Shown in pieces: positions 21,507 to 30,586 of a stretch of 64,000 nt of DNA; position 1 is the stretch's first letter, and each line of letters starts with the position of its first letter. The notes under the pieces are model-generated. The model did not search any database and was not told where the DNA came from. It worked only from the letters and a program-made list of their open reading frames with translations. The position numbers and the translations under genes are program-made. The DNA is taken from IMG/VR virus record IMGVR_UViG_3300030060_004280, positions 40,995-104,994 of that record; one strand, written 5' to 3'. This DNA is from a virus.

Positions 21507-23269
21507 TACAACGCACCTCTCCTGTTACCATATCCTCTTCCGCTACGATTCATTTCTTCACGGATGGCTTCACCGATTTCGCGAGCAAGAGCGCGTTTAT
21601 CGGTTCTGTCTGTAACGCCACCAACATTAACATTTATTGTTATTGGTCCTCCGCCCAATCCTAAACCTATACCCTGCGGATTGTTTTTCTTAGTTAGCGG
21701 TATAACAGCCTCCGGCCCATCCTCACCGATTAGCGCGTTCGTGGGTTTGTCAACTATACCACCTTTCGCTAATTTCACTTTAGGTATTTTTGGTAGTCCA
21801 AACTTCTTACCACCAATCTTCGGAACCCACTTAGGAATCTTGATTTTCATTTTCTTAGCGAGCCAATTATAACCTTTTATGAATACATTGACTACACCTT
21901 CGGCAGACTTCTTGGCTACCCTAATTATACGACTCGGCACACCAACAAGCCATGCTAATATTCCTTTCCAACCACCACTTAATGCGACTGTAAAAGAAAT
22001 GTATAAGTCCATGAGAACATCATAAACAACTTTGAAAGGGGTTATGAGTATAATTGCTATTGTTGCTACAATACCGTATATTACTGCAATAACTACTGAA
22101 ATTGCTCCTAAGATTACTGCAACAATACCTGCTAAAATAGCAACAAACCACTCACCAATAAAGACTAATCCCGCCCATATTGCTTCTCCTATGGCTATAC
22201 CTATCGCTTTTACTTCGTCCCAATATTTGATAACAAGAGCAACTATAAAAATTACAAGCGCGGTTATTGCAACTGCGGGCCATGCTATAACACCAAGAAT
22301 TGCTAAACCAACTGCAATTGCCGCCGCACTTATTGCACCAACAAGCCATCCTAACCATCCGTCAATCTTACCTGTAATAAAAGCCCAAAGACCAACAATA
22401 CCACCGATAACAAGACCAATACCAAGTAAAAATGTTCCAATTAGGAAAGTCCAACTGTTCGCCATCGCCGCCGCCGTCACACCACCTGCGGCAATTACCG
22501 CTTTCAATGTCAAAAATAAACCGATAAGAACTGCCGCCGTAGCCGCCGCCGCCGCAAATGCGGCAGTTGTGCTACCTGTTTCTTTCTTAACAAGTTGAAA
22601 TGCTCCCGCTACAAGAATTAAACTTCCCGAAATTAAAGCGGCTTTAGCGCCAAACAAAAACCAAATAGGTAATGCTACTATTAGCGCGGCTGTAACAATG
22701 TTCAACGCACCATAGAAACCGCCTTCGCCTTCACCCGTCATTGCTAAGATTAACCCCTGCAACGCTTGGTCTGCCCCCCACACTCCATCTGTGTATGAAA
22801 GTAAAGGACTTTCAGCACCACTAAACGCAATTGATACTGCGGCAATAGCAAATGCAACAAGTAAGAATATCGAAAGAATACCGAATACACTCATAGTTAA
22901 TCTTCGCCATAGTGATACTCCGTTCTTTACCATCTTGTTTTGCATTTTACCATAAGCGGTAGCGGTCACCATTGTCGCCATTAATTTAGTTAATCCTGTT
23001 GCGTTTTTCTCATATTCTGCTCTTTGCTCATCTGTTAAGTTTGTCGCTTGTGTCTGCAATACATGGAATGTTTTGAGTTGTTTTCCAACACCCAAAATTG
23101 ATTTTCCAAATTGAACTATTGGATTCTTTTTGAAAGCCGCTTGTAACTTACTTTGTTGCTTTTCTAAAATACCTGCGGTTTTACCATACGCGTTTCCGAT
23201 GACACCCAACTCTTGTAGCGATGTTTTCAAATCAGCAAAGTCTTTTGCGAGTGCTTGAACATCGGACAT
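21506..23269 (-). CDS. Tape measure protein
   Basis: 587 aa: helical N-terminus, long Ala/Gly/Ile hydrophobic stretch, and the typical TMP C-terminal motif LAKGGIV...ALIGEDGPEAVIPL. Follows the chaperone pair. Confidence 0.85.
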   Translation of the reverse strand: MSDVQALAKDFADLKTSLQELGVIGNAYGKTAGILEKQQSKLQAAFKKNPIVQFGKSILGVGKQLKTFHVLQTQATNLTDEQRAEYEKNATGLTKLMATMVTATAYGKMQNKMVKNGVSLWRRLTMSVFGILSIFLLVAFAIAAVSIAFSGAESPLLSYTDGVWGADQALQGLILAMTGEGEGGFYGALNIVTAALIVALPIWFLFGAKAALISGSLILVAGAFQLVKKETGSTTAAFAAAAATAAVLIGLFLTLKAVIAAGGVTAAAMANSWTFLIGTFLLGIGLVIGGIVGLWAFITGKIDGWLGWLVGAISAAAIAVGLAILGVIAWPAVAITALVIFIVALVIKYWDEVKAIGIAIGEAIWAGLVFIGEWFVAILAGIVAVILGAISVVIAVIYGIVATIAIILITPFKVVYDVLMDLYISFTVALSGGWKGILAWLVGVPSRIIRVAKKSAEGVVNVFIKGYNWLAKKMKIKIPKWVPKIGGKKFGLPKIPKVKLAKGGIVDKPTNALIGEDGPEAVIPLTKKNNPQGIGLGLGGGPITINVNVGGVTDRTDKRALAREIGEAIREEMNRSGRGYGNRRGAL

Positions 23270-23281
23270 TTATCTCTCTCC

Positions 23282-23545
23282 TTAATCGCTGAACGGCATA
23301 GGTGTTCCCGCGTCTGTTCCTGCTACGCTCATTTTACCCTTAGAGTCATTGGTCGCTTTTTCAATTTCTTCTGCCTCTATCTTCTTTGCCGCAGACGCAA
23401 ATGCAAAAGATTCTTCAAACTCATATAGCGACATATCCCATACATCGCCTAAGCGTATTCCGTAATGTTTCGCTACAAAATACGCAGAAGAGTTCATGTA
23501 AATCTCAATATCCAAATCTTCGGGTTTCTGTGCGGGGGATTTCAT
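23282..23545 (-). CDS. Tail assembly chaperone C-terminal extension (gpT-like), probably made via -1 frameshift
   Basis: Lies in the -1 frame relative to 23563..23952 and is open from the slippery heptamer at 23584-23590. VAKHYGIRLGDVWDMSLYEF resembles gpT-like segments. Confidence 0.75.
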   Translation of the reverse strand: MKSPAQKPEDLDIEIYMNSSAYFVAKHYGIRLGDVWDMSLYEFEESFAFASAAKKIEAEEIEKATNDSKGKMSVAGTDAGTPMPFSD

Positions 23546-23590
23546 AAACGCATAGACTTCTTCTATGCGTCTTCCCCATCGCTCAAAGGG
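23535..23590 (-). promoter_or_regulatory. -1 programmed ribosomal frameshift signal (C CCU UUG plus downstream hairpin)
   Basis: Minus strand reads AAC CCT TTG, a 6-nt spacer, then GGGGA-AG-ACGCATAGA-AGAAG-TCTATGCGT-TTATGAAA-TCCCC: a perfect 9-bp stem plus an outer GGGGA/TCCCC pair. Confidence 0.8.
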
Positions 23591-23952
23591 TTACTAATCA
23601 AATCCTGCGGTTGCGGCAATAGCGCGGTAATCTGTTGAGCAACATAAGGTTGCAATTGCATCATTTGAGTTGGTGTAATACGAGGCTCGGTCTTTTCAAT
23701 GCACTCCGCGAACATATGTTTCCAATAAGCGGCAAGGTCAATGTCAACATTACCTGTTGCGGTGATGTTCAAAAAGGTCTTGATGGCGTTCTGCATTTGT
23801 ATAAATGATAAGTCGCGAACCCACACTTTCAATCCTATATCGGGATTGTCGGGGTCTGCACTTATCATATGTTCTTTTGCTGATGTATTCACCAATAGGC
23901 TTACTGCGCTGTCAACCAACTGCGTCGGTTGTTTCTGTTTCGTCGGATTCAT
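23563..23952 (-). CDS. Tail assembly chaperone (gpG-like)
   Basis: 129 aa between tail tube and tape measure genes. KVWVRDLSFIQM is a typical TAC strand-helix. Slippery site near the 3' end. Confidence 0.75.
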   Translation of the reverse strand: MNPTKQKQPTQLVDSAVSLLVNTSAKEHMISADPDNPDIGLKVWVRDLSFIQMQNAIKTFLNITATGNVDIDLAAYWKHMFAECIEKTEPRITPTQMMQLQPYVAQQITALLPQPQDLISNPLSDGEDA

Positions 23953-24367
23953 TACTTACACTTCCTGTTTCGTCGCTTGATACTGCCTCTTGCGAGGGGG
24001 TATCTTCGGCCACTTCAACAGCCTCTTGCGAGGGGGCATCCGCGTCCAATAGACGGGCAACTAATTCCGCCTTTTTTCCTCCAACTGCCAAACCTTGCGC
24101 ACGACATAACGCGCGTAGTTCTTCGACAGTCATGGAATTGTAATCAAGTATATCTTCTAATACTTCTTCAACTGTTTCTTCAACCACTTCTTCTTCGATA
24201 GGTGGTTCTTCGGGGAATGGATTGCCGTCAGTTTTGGCGGCTTCGGGATGGAAGATTTCTTCTTCAACTACTTCTTCTTCGATGGGTGGTTCTGCGATAT
24301 ACGCTTTTTTCTCAACAGCAATCCATCTTCGGGTGCGCGTTCCGCCTAAGTGCATACTCTCCTTCAT
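23912..24367 (-). CDS. Acidic protein with SAP domain
   Basis: YNSMTVEELRALCRAQGLAVGGKKAELVARLL matches the SAP consensus. Flanked by duplicated PPIEEEVVEE and PSQEAV segments. Confidence 0.8.
   Translation of the reverse strand: MKESMHLGGTRTRRWIAVEKKAYIAEPPIEEEVVEEEIFHPEAAKTDGNPFPEEPPIEEEVVEETVEEVLEDILDYNSMTVEELRALCRAQGLAVGGKKAELVARLLDADAPSQEAVEVAEDTPSQEAVSSDETGSVSNESDETETTDAVG
23985..24036. repeat. 16-bp direct repeat in SAP gene (gcctcttgcgaggggg x2)
   Basis: Copies at 23985-24000 and 24021-24036. A second imperfect ~33-bp duplication lies at ~24176-24209 and ~24260-24293. Confidence 0.85.
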
Positions 24368-24371
24368 ATTA

Positions 24372-24725
24372 TCACTCCTGTTCTTGCAACTCTTTCAACT
24401 TATCTATACTCAAACCGAGAGGATTTGGGTCAGTCTGCGGAACAGGAGGTGCGCTACCATCAACAAACTTTGTGTTTGGGTTAAGTTCTTGTATGCGCTC
24501 TTTTGAATCAAATATGTTCGCTATCTCCGGTTTTTGCATTTTATCGCGCGCATGGTTGTTTTTTGCTTCTGTAATGAATTTGATTGCATCTTCACTACTC
24601 ATTTCGGGGAATGATTCTTTCATTGACGCTAACGCTTCTTGCATATTCTTTGACTCTCTCGCTATCAAATCTATGGTGCTAAATCCACCTTTGATAACAG
24701 ACCAAGAAGCGTTAAGAGGGGACAT
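24372..24725 (-). CDS. Hypothetical protein with SPLNASWSVIK leader
   Basis: Probable start MSPLNASWSVIKGG at 24725, just after the upstream stop. Helical and charged. Confidence 0.65.
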   Translation of the reverse strand: MSPLNASWSVIKGGFSTIDLIARESKNMQEALASMKESFPEMSSEDAIKFITEAKNNHARDKMQKPEIANIFDSKERIQELNPNTKFVDGSAPPVPQTDPNPLGLSIDKLKELQEQE

Positions 24726-24727
24726 AC

Positions 24728-25297
24728 TCAACATCCCATCTTTTCACATGTTGAACCATGAGGCTCGCACTTAGGGCAACACTTTGCTTTTTCCTTAATG
24801 ATAGACCACGCGGCGTTAGTTGCCATAGGGTAACCTGTTGCGACAGGAACAGGTTGCTGTTGTTGCGGTTTCTTCTTCTGTTGCATTTGTTGAGATGCCG
24901 CTTGAGTTGGGTGTAATGCTTCGGGGTTTTGCCCTTGATGAACAAATGATGGAGTGTCGAAAACAGACTCTCCTGTTCCGTGTGTGCCGAATGACTGTTC
25001 TTGACCGACACCTTGCATTTGCTGTCCTTCGACACCATGACCGCCGCTTTGACCGCCGTAGGTAATATTACCGCTTCTCATAGCGCCCGGTTGCATTCTT
25101 TCACCTCGTCGGTCCAATCTTTGTCCCATAGTCATTTTGTTTCGGTTATACAAGTTCTCATCACCCATCTCGGCATGCGCTAACGGTTCATACCCGCCTT
25201 GATGATGGACAGCGCTACCTTCACCCGAACCCTGTAAGTTTGGTTTTACATATTCTTTCTTCAATTTATTCCATGCTATGTTTATTATATTATTCAT
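24728..25297 (-). CDS. Low-complexity Gly/Gln-rich protein with two AWxxhK motifs and a C-terminal Cys cluster
   Basis: N-terminal IINIAWNKLKK, internal MATNAAWSIIKE, ends CCPKCEPHGSTCEKMGC. Confidence 0.65.
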   Translation of the reverse strand: MNNIINIAWNKLKKEYVKPNLQGSGEGSAVHHQGGYEPLAHAEMGDENLYNRNKMTMGQRLDRRGERMQPGAMRSGNITYGGQSGGHGVEGQQMQGVGQEQSFGTHGTGESVFDTPSFVHQGQNPEALHPTQAASQQMQQKKKPQQQQPVPVATGYPMATNAAWSIIKEKAKCCPKCEPHGSTCEKMGC

Positions 25298-25301
25298 TTT
25301 A

Positions 25302-27776
25302 TCACAATCCTAAAAATGCATCATGTGAAATAACACGGACATGCTTTGGCATAATTGTCATTTCGCTCTTGATGACACCCTTATCTTCGGGGATTGGTAG
25401 CGGTGCTTCGCTGATGATATAATCATCAACTACGATGATTACTTCTTCTCGATTGCTACCTGCTCCTGCTTTGGTAAGGGTGAGTGTAATTGGTTCTGTG
25501 TGTCCGTGACTACGGTTGGTTCTGTATTCATGCCATAGTAGCGGGTCGGAAACAATGATTGTCATTTTCATTTCATACTCAACTTGCTTTTCAATTGTCA
25601 AGTTAGGATTGCGCGAACCGCCAAATGGAACTTGCTCAAGCGATTGTCCGAGAGAGTTTCTTGATTCCTTAAACGCGGAGCCACGAACTGTTAGAATATT
25701 CTCTATGTTGTTGTTTCCTGTAAGTGAGAAGTTTGTGATTTGCGCGAGGTTAATACCAAAAGCGTTAATCTGTCCGTTGTAAAAGAAGTATGGCTTTTCT
25801 GTGTTTGGCGCTATACCCGCTTTCTTTCTTTCCGCTTTACCGTTAGCGATGTTCTCAAACATTCGGTGAGTGCTGTATCTGTCACCCTTGTTTTCGGGTG
25901 TGTCATCTTCAAGACGGCCTGTATCTGTGTAACAATATAGCGCATCAAAGTTGACGGTCAACTTAACTTCTGCATCTGCATCTGCGGCGATTGCAAAGTC
26001 CTTCACTTTGCACCCTCTCCAAATACGAGTTAGTTGTTTGTTATCGGATGCTGAACCCGGTGGCGCTTCGCTACCTGTCGAACTTGCATTGTAAGAGCCG
26101 GTGTTGCGCGTTCGCATACTTGTTTCAAGAGTAAAGGATGGAACGGTAGCGCCTTGAAAAATCAAGCGCGACATTCGATTTTGTATTTCCCCATAACTAC
26201 CCGTAGCGGAGTTAAAGTGTGGAGAACCATTCGCGTTATCATCTGCAAAAGGTATGACCTTTAGAGTAAAGTTACCAAGTGCATGGTCGAAGGTGAACGG
26301 CTCTTCAACATAGATTCGCTTACCAACTGCATCATGCAAAATAACACGGCGTATTTCATTACGCTCGGCATTTTCCATATCAACACCAAGACCATCATTA
26401 CCCCACTTCTTACCACTTGCGGCTACTGCTCGGTCTGTTGGAAACTCAACTGCTGTTCCATCAACGACGAGTAAGTATTCTCCTGCAAATGGCGCATTTG
26501 ACATAGTTCCTGTATATTCATAATAACTGTCACCTGCGGCTATATCTTTGTTAGTGTTACCTGTTGGCGCGATTCTAAAGTGAGTTCCTGCGCTTGCTCC
26601 TACATCGTCAACGACCTGCGCGCCAAGAGAGTAGTATAACCAACGGGCGCTGTTCATCATCATTTCAATAGAGCCGCCTTCATTCTTCATGCTTTGAGGC
26701 TCTTGAATAACTACATCACGACCAAGACCGATAACATGGCTTCGGCGGATTTCGACTTTGGTTTCCGGTAGCGCTACCGTAGCGGCAAGTCCAACAAATT
26801 GGTCTGTGAGAACGGACTCATCGGATAGTTTAGCACTTGCGTTGTAAGTCATTCCTGTGTCCATAGTTGGTGTTCCAATTGTATCAATGAGTATTTCATC
26901 GTTAGCACTTGACGCACCATTCTCTTTCATCTTTGGAGTGACTGTGATAACATTAGCGCTATTGGCTACAATAGTGTATGTATTACCTGTTGTAGCGTAA
27001 TCGTCAGCGTCATAATTTGCGCTTGAACCTCTAACGCGAAGTGTTGAACCAACAAGCATTCCCGCAGGGTATTTGAGATTACCACTTGCGTCGAACATTC
27101 CGCTTGTTGCTTGTGTAAATGTAATATCTGTGCAATCGGCGTTTGAAGCGTTGGTTGTTTTAGTAAATAGTAATCCACCTGCTGTAAGAGATGTTACGGC
27201 AACTGTTCCTCCTGTTCCTGTTCCAAGAGTTAACACATCGCCTACATTATATCCTGTTCCTGCTACGGATGGACTTGCAGTAATTGTTGCAATTACACCA
27301 TTAGCAATTGCTGTTACTACAACTTTGAATGTGCCACCACCGCTACCACCTGTGTCTAAAGTGATAACATCATCGACAGCATGCCCTGTTCCGCTATTTG
27401 TGACAGTATATGTTAAAACACCACCTGTGCCTGTTACTGTGTCTATTGTGATTGCTAAACCTACTCCTGCTCCTGTTGAAGCGCTCGCGCCGGATTGTGA
27501 AACATTTTCTGCCGCAACATAACTTGCACCTGCGTCGTCAACAGCAGAAGTGGTAATCACACCATTATCAACTGATGCTATTGCAATTGTTGCACCTGTT
27601 CCGCTACCGCCGGTTGTAGCAACCGTAGCGACAGAATATCCCGAACCTCCGGTAGCCGGAGCAGTATTTACAGCCGCTATCGCACCTGCTCCAAATGCTC
27701 CATTCTTTAGCGCTACTCCGCATTCATGCCCGAATGTTACTTCTGCTAAGTCACCCTTATACACCGTCGATACCAT
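25302..27776 (-). CDS. Major tail (tube) protein with inserted surface domains
   Basis: N-terminus YKGDLAEVTFGHE; core PSFTLETSMR...RIWRGCKVKDFAIAADADAEVKLTVNF...ITNFSLTGNNN typical of siphoviral tubes. Upstream of TAC and TMP. No sheath gene seen. Confidence 0.75.
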   Translation of the reverse strand: MVSTVYKGDLAEVTFGHECGVALKNGAFGAGAIAAVNTAPATGGSGYSVATVATTGGSGTGATIAIASVDNGVITTSAVDDAGASYVAAENVSQSGASASTGAGVGLAITIDTVTGTGGVLTYTVTNSGTGHAVDDVITLDTGGSGGGTFKVVVTAIANGVIATITASPSVAGTGYNVGDVLTLGTGTGGTVAVTSLTAGGLLFTKTTNASNADCTDITFTQATSGMFDASGNLKYPAGMLVGSTLRVRGSSANYDADDYATTGNTYTIVANSANVITVTPKMKENGASSANDEILIDTIGTPTMDTGMTYNASAKLSDESVLTDQFVGLAATVALPETKVEIRRSHVIGLGRDVVIQEPQSMKNEGGSIEMMMNSARWLYYSLGAQVVDDVGASAGTHFRIAPTGNTNKDIAAGDSYYEYTGTMSNAPFAGEYLLVVDGTAVEFPTDRAVAASGKKWGNDGLGVDMENAERNEIRRVILHDAVGKRIYVEEPFTFDHALGNFTLKVIPFADDNANGSPHFNSATGSYGEIQNRMSRLIFQGATVPSFTLETSMRTRNTGSYNASSTGSEAPPGSASDNKQLTRIWRGCKVKDFAIAADADAEVKLTVNFDALYCYTDTGRLEDDTPENKGDRYSTHRMFENIANGKAERKKAGIAPNTEKPYFFYNGQINAFGINLAQITNFSLTGNNNIENILTVRGSAFKESRNSLGQSLEQVPFGGSRNPNLTIEKQVEYEMKMTIIVSDPLLWHEYRTNRSHGHTEPITLTLTKAGAGSNREEVIIVVDDYIISEAPLPIPEDKGVIKSEMTIMPKHVRVISHDAFLGL

Positions 27777-27793
27777 TTCTATTCCTCTTTTTA

Positions 27794-28231
27794 TTATGCT
27801 ATTAATTCGCTGAAAATTACTATCTCAACTTGGAAGGTCATGCGGTGTAACCGCTTCGTTCTGTCCGAAAGGTCAGTTCTTGTTTTATAGAGTAATCGGT
27901 CAAAATTAGCCCCATCTCCCTTTCTGTTAGCGTGAACTATACGCCTTATTTCATCCTCCATCTTTGACAGTTGTGCGCGCCCCTCCATAGTCCGAGCATC
28001 GACTGTCACATTTATACGCGTATGCACAAAATCATAAAAGATTTCGGGTTGTTCTTCGTTATGTGCTGTTTCATACAAGACAACTGCATCGGAGCGCGCT
28101 AAGTCAAGACGCTTACCTCCCGGCTCAACAGTAGTAATGTCTTGTATGACAGGTTTTCTTTGAGAAGTGTTACCGCGATTCCAACCATCATTAAACAATT
28201 TTTTGATAAGTTCGATAGACTCAAGCCCCAT
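27794..28231 (-). CDS. Putative tail terminator/completion protein
   Basis: 145 aa directly before the tail tube gene. INVTVDARTM...MEDEIRRIV...RMTFQVEI fits the tail-completion fold pattern. Confidence 0.55.
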   Translation of the reverse strand: MGLESIELIKKLFNDGWNRGNTSQRKPVIQDITTVEPGGKRLDLARSDAVVLYETAHNEEQPEIFYDFVHTRINVTVDARTMEGRAQLSKMEDEIRRIVHANRKGDGANFDRLLYKTRTDLSDRTKRLHRMTFQVEIVIFSELIA

Positions 28232-28497
28232 TAGAAATCCCTCCCGATAGGACTTTCGTTAGCCGCTTGTTTCATAGCGCTCTCTATAATAGTGTTGTAA
28301 TCGGGATGTTTCGATTCCATTTTAGAACCATTTTTATCTAATATGAAACCATTTCTATCAACATCATACCCCATAGCGTCAGCCGCCGCTATAAGGAATA
28401 TGCGACCTTCTTTACCGTATATTGACAGTTTCCTTACTTCTCGTAGCGGAACTGCCAACTCCTTGAGTATAGCGTCTTTATCCCACAACTCACTCAA
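28231..28497 (-). CDS. Hypothetical neck-region protein
   Basis: 88 aa, overlapping/coupled with both neighbours; GGTGA site upstream. Confidence 0.55.
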   Translation of the reverse strand: MSELWDKDAILKELAVPLREVRKLSIYGKEGRIFLIAAADAMGYDVDRNGFILDKNGSKMESKHPDYNTIIESAMKQAANESPIGRDF

Positions 28498-30079
28498 GCG
28501 TCATCACCTCCACATAGCGCGGTAAGGTTTCCGCTACTTGAGCCTTTAGGAGTTGGTATTTTGAACCCAAATCAACATTCTGTGTTCCTTCGGGTAATAA
28601 CACGCTTCGGTCATCGGATAGAATCAAATCCATCGCTACAAGTTTAGTGCATATATCTTCGATTGCTTTTTCCACATAGCGCTCACCATAAACATACGAT
28701 ACCTTAACAGCATTCCATGAGAAATACGGGTATGTGTTATTGAAATAAATGATACCTAAGTCGTAGTCAGCCCACCAATCGCGCAATCGCGCTTCGTCAC
28801 CCGATGTCGAACTTACATAATCAATCTTGAATCGGTTTTGATGCACGATAGCGTCAGTTGTAGCCGCCGCACTTATGTCACCTGTAAGGTCGGCAACACC
28901 TGTCAGTTGGTTACCTGTTTTACCTGTGTAGTAACCAACTGCTGAACCTATCTTGATAAGACCATATTCAGCAAAAGGTGATGCATCAACTAAAGTTATT
29001 TCAGTCGCGGTTGAACTTGCTACTTTACCTTGAAAAGAATTACAACCTGTAATGTCGATACCCTCTTCGTTTGTTATAGCAATTGTAGCGGTTTCTCCTG
29101 CATCGCCTCGACGCATGGATGTTATCTTGATTTGACCGCCACCGTAGTCATTGTTAGCAGAAGACATAAACTCATGATGAACATTTGCTACAACTGAACC
29201 ATCATCTGCTTGCGCATCTTCAAGACTAAACGATGGAGAAAATGTAATTGCTTCTTTACCACGCCTCAAATCCTTATTGATAAGGTCGGATAATTGTTGC
29301 GCGGTTGTAACATTATCAAATTGAGCATTAAACTTTGATTTGTTAGTTCCTGCTGTGAGAGTGGCGACACCGCCACCACCCGGACAAAGATACACCGCGT
29401 CTGTATCTGCTGTCAATTTAGTAAAATCAAGAACTTTCAAACGCACTTCTGCGGTAGCAATCTCTCTATATTCATGTCCTTGCCATACTTCAAGTCGAAG
29501 TATTTGTTGAACATTACGGAAATATAGCGGAACTGAACCAACATAATCTGTATAGTATCTTCTTCTGTATGGCTTGTATGTATCGAAGTTGACATATTCT
29601 GCCGTCTGTAACATAGGTCGCCATGAGTTGTTAGTAAGATTGTCAATTTTATCTTGAGTGCGCAGAATAAGAGTTTCAACTTGTTTCTTTGTAACACCTT
29701 TGCGCTTACCGTTTGTGAATGATTGTAGCGGTTGAACATATGCGTTATCGGCAGTATCGTAATCTCCTGTAAGGCCACCAACCCATGTTAGTATAACATT
29801 GCTACCATCGCGCGAAACATTAGTTAGTGTTACTTCTTCACCCATTTCAACATCGCTTGCAATCTCAATCTTATCACCGATTTCAAATCCGGTATGTCTG
29901 TAATCACTTGCTGAAATTGTAGCGGTAGTAGCGCTTGTGTTAGAGTCACTTACAAGATAAACAGGGTCGGGTAGCGGTATCTGTAATATGTCCGCTACTT
30001 TTTGCGCAGTAGTGTAGTATAAGCGCGTAGGGTCAAGTGGTCTTGGCGCTCTTTCTCCTGTTTGGAAAACTGTCGGCAT
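28490..30079 (-). CDS. Head-tail adaptor (gp6/gp15-like) with inserted domains
   Basis: YYTTAQKVADIL...LILRTQDKIDNLTNNSW...VKVSYVYG...AIEDICTKLVAMDL are adaptor hallmarks. Expanded to 529 aa. Confidence 0.65.
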   Translation of the reverse strand: MPTVFQTGERAPRPLDPTRLYYTTAQKVADILQIPLPDPVYLVSDSNTSATTATISASDYRHTGFEIGDKIEIASDVEMGEEVTLTNVSRDGSNVILTWVGGLTGDYDTADNAYVQPLQSFTNGKRKGVTKKQVETLILRTQDKIDNLTNNSWRPMLQTAEYVNFDTYKPYRRRYYTDYVGSVPLYFRNVQQILRLEVWQGHEYREIATAEVRLKVLDFTKLTADTDAVYLCPGGGGVATLTAGTNKSKFNAQFDNVTTAQQLSDLINKDLRRGKEAITFSPSFSLEDAQADDGSVVANVHHEFMSSANNDYGGGQIKITSMRRGDAGETATIAITNEEGIDITGCNSFQGKVASSTATEITLVDASPFAEYGLIKIGSAVGYYTGKTGNQLTGVADLTGDISAAATTDAIVHQNRFKIDYVSSTSGDEARLRDWWADYDLGIIYFNNTYPYFSWNAVKVSYVYGERYVEKAIEDICTKLVAMDLILSDDRSVLLPEGTQNVDLGSKYQLLKAQVAETLPRYVEVMTLE

Positions 30080-30306
30080 TAGACTTCACTCCTTCTTGCT
30101 TGCTCTTCTCGCAGTTGCGCTTCTAATTTATCCGCTTCTGCTCTCTTCTCTTCTATGAGTCTTCTTAACTCATCAAAATGAGGCGCGTATTCTTGCGCTC
30201 CCTGTTCGATTTGTTGTCGTTGCTGTTCTCGCTTCGCTTGCTCTTCTGCGAGCATTCTGCCAATTTCAGCAGGGTCATTTTTGAGAAGAAGAATCCATTT
30301 CATCAT
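30079..30306 (-). CDS. Small coiled-coil protein
   Basis: 75 aa, Glu/Gln/Arg-rich helix; starts MMKWILLLKND; ATGA overlap with the upstream gene. Confidence 0.6.
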   Translation of the reverse strand: MMKWILLLKNDPAEIGRMLAEEQAKREQQRQQIEQGAQEYAPHFDELRRLIEEKRAEADKLEAQLREEQARRSEV

Positions 30307-30575
30307 ATCACCTTCTCGACCTTACCGAGATTGTATTCCATTGGTTTGCCGCAAGAACCACAGCGCTCAAGATAGCAGAAGTGAAGCATGCCGCAATGAC
30401 GACAACGCGTTCCGCTACCGATATTGAGAACATCGCGAATGTTGCGCGAACGGATGTTTTGTTGTTTGACAACGCCTTCTAATTTGTCGCGTTTGTTTGA
30501 ATCAACGCGGTCGCCTTCGTCTTGAACCCAACCTTGCTTAGCCATTCTGTGAATGTCTTGCGGTGTTAGTCCCAT
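30303..30575 (-). CDS. Zinc-ribbon protein
   Basis: CRHCG...CGSCG. Probable start MGLTPQD at 30575, preceded by GGTGA. Confidence 0.7.
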   Translation of the reverse strand: MGLTPQDIHRMAKQGWVQDEGDRVDSNKRDKLEGVVKQQNIRSRNIRDVLNIGSGTRCRHCGMLHFCYLERCGSCGKPMEYNLGKVEKVI

Positions 30576-30586
30576 GTCGCTCACCT

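Noticed and set aside
25302-27776. Contractile tail sheath (suggested by the 824-aa size)
   Set aside because: The C-terminal half has tube-type motifs, the gene precedes TAC/TMP, and the extra length is explained by insertions. No separate tube gene was found.
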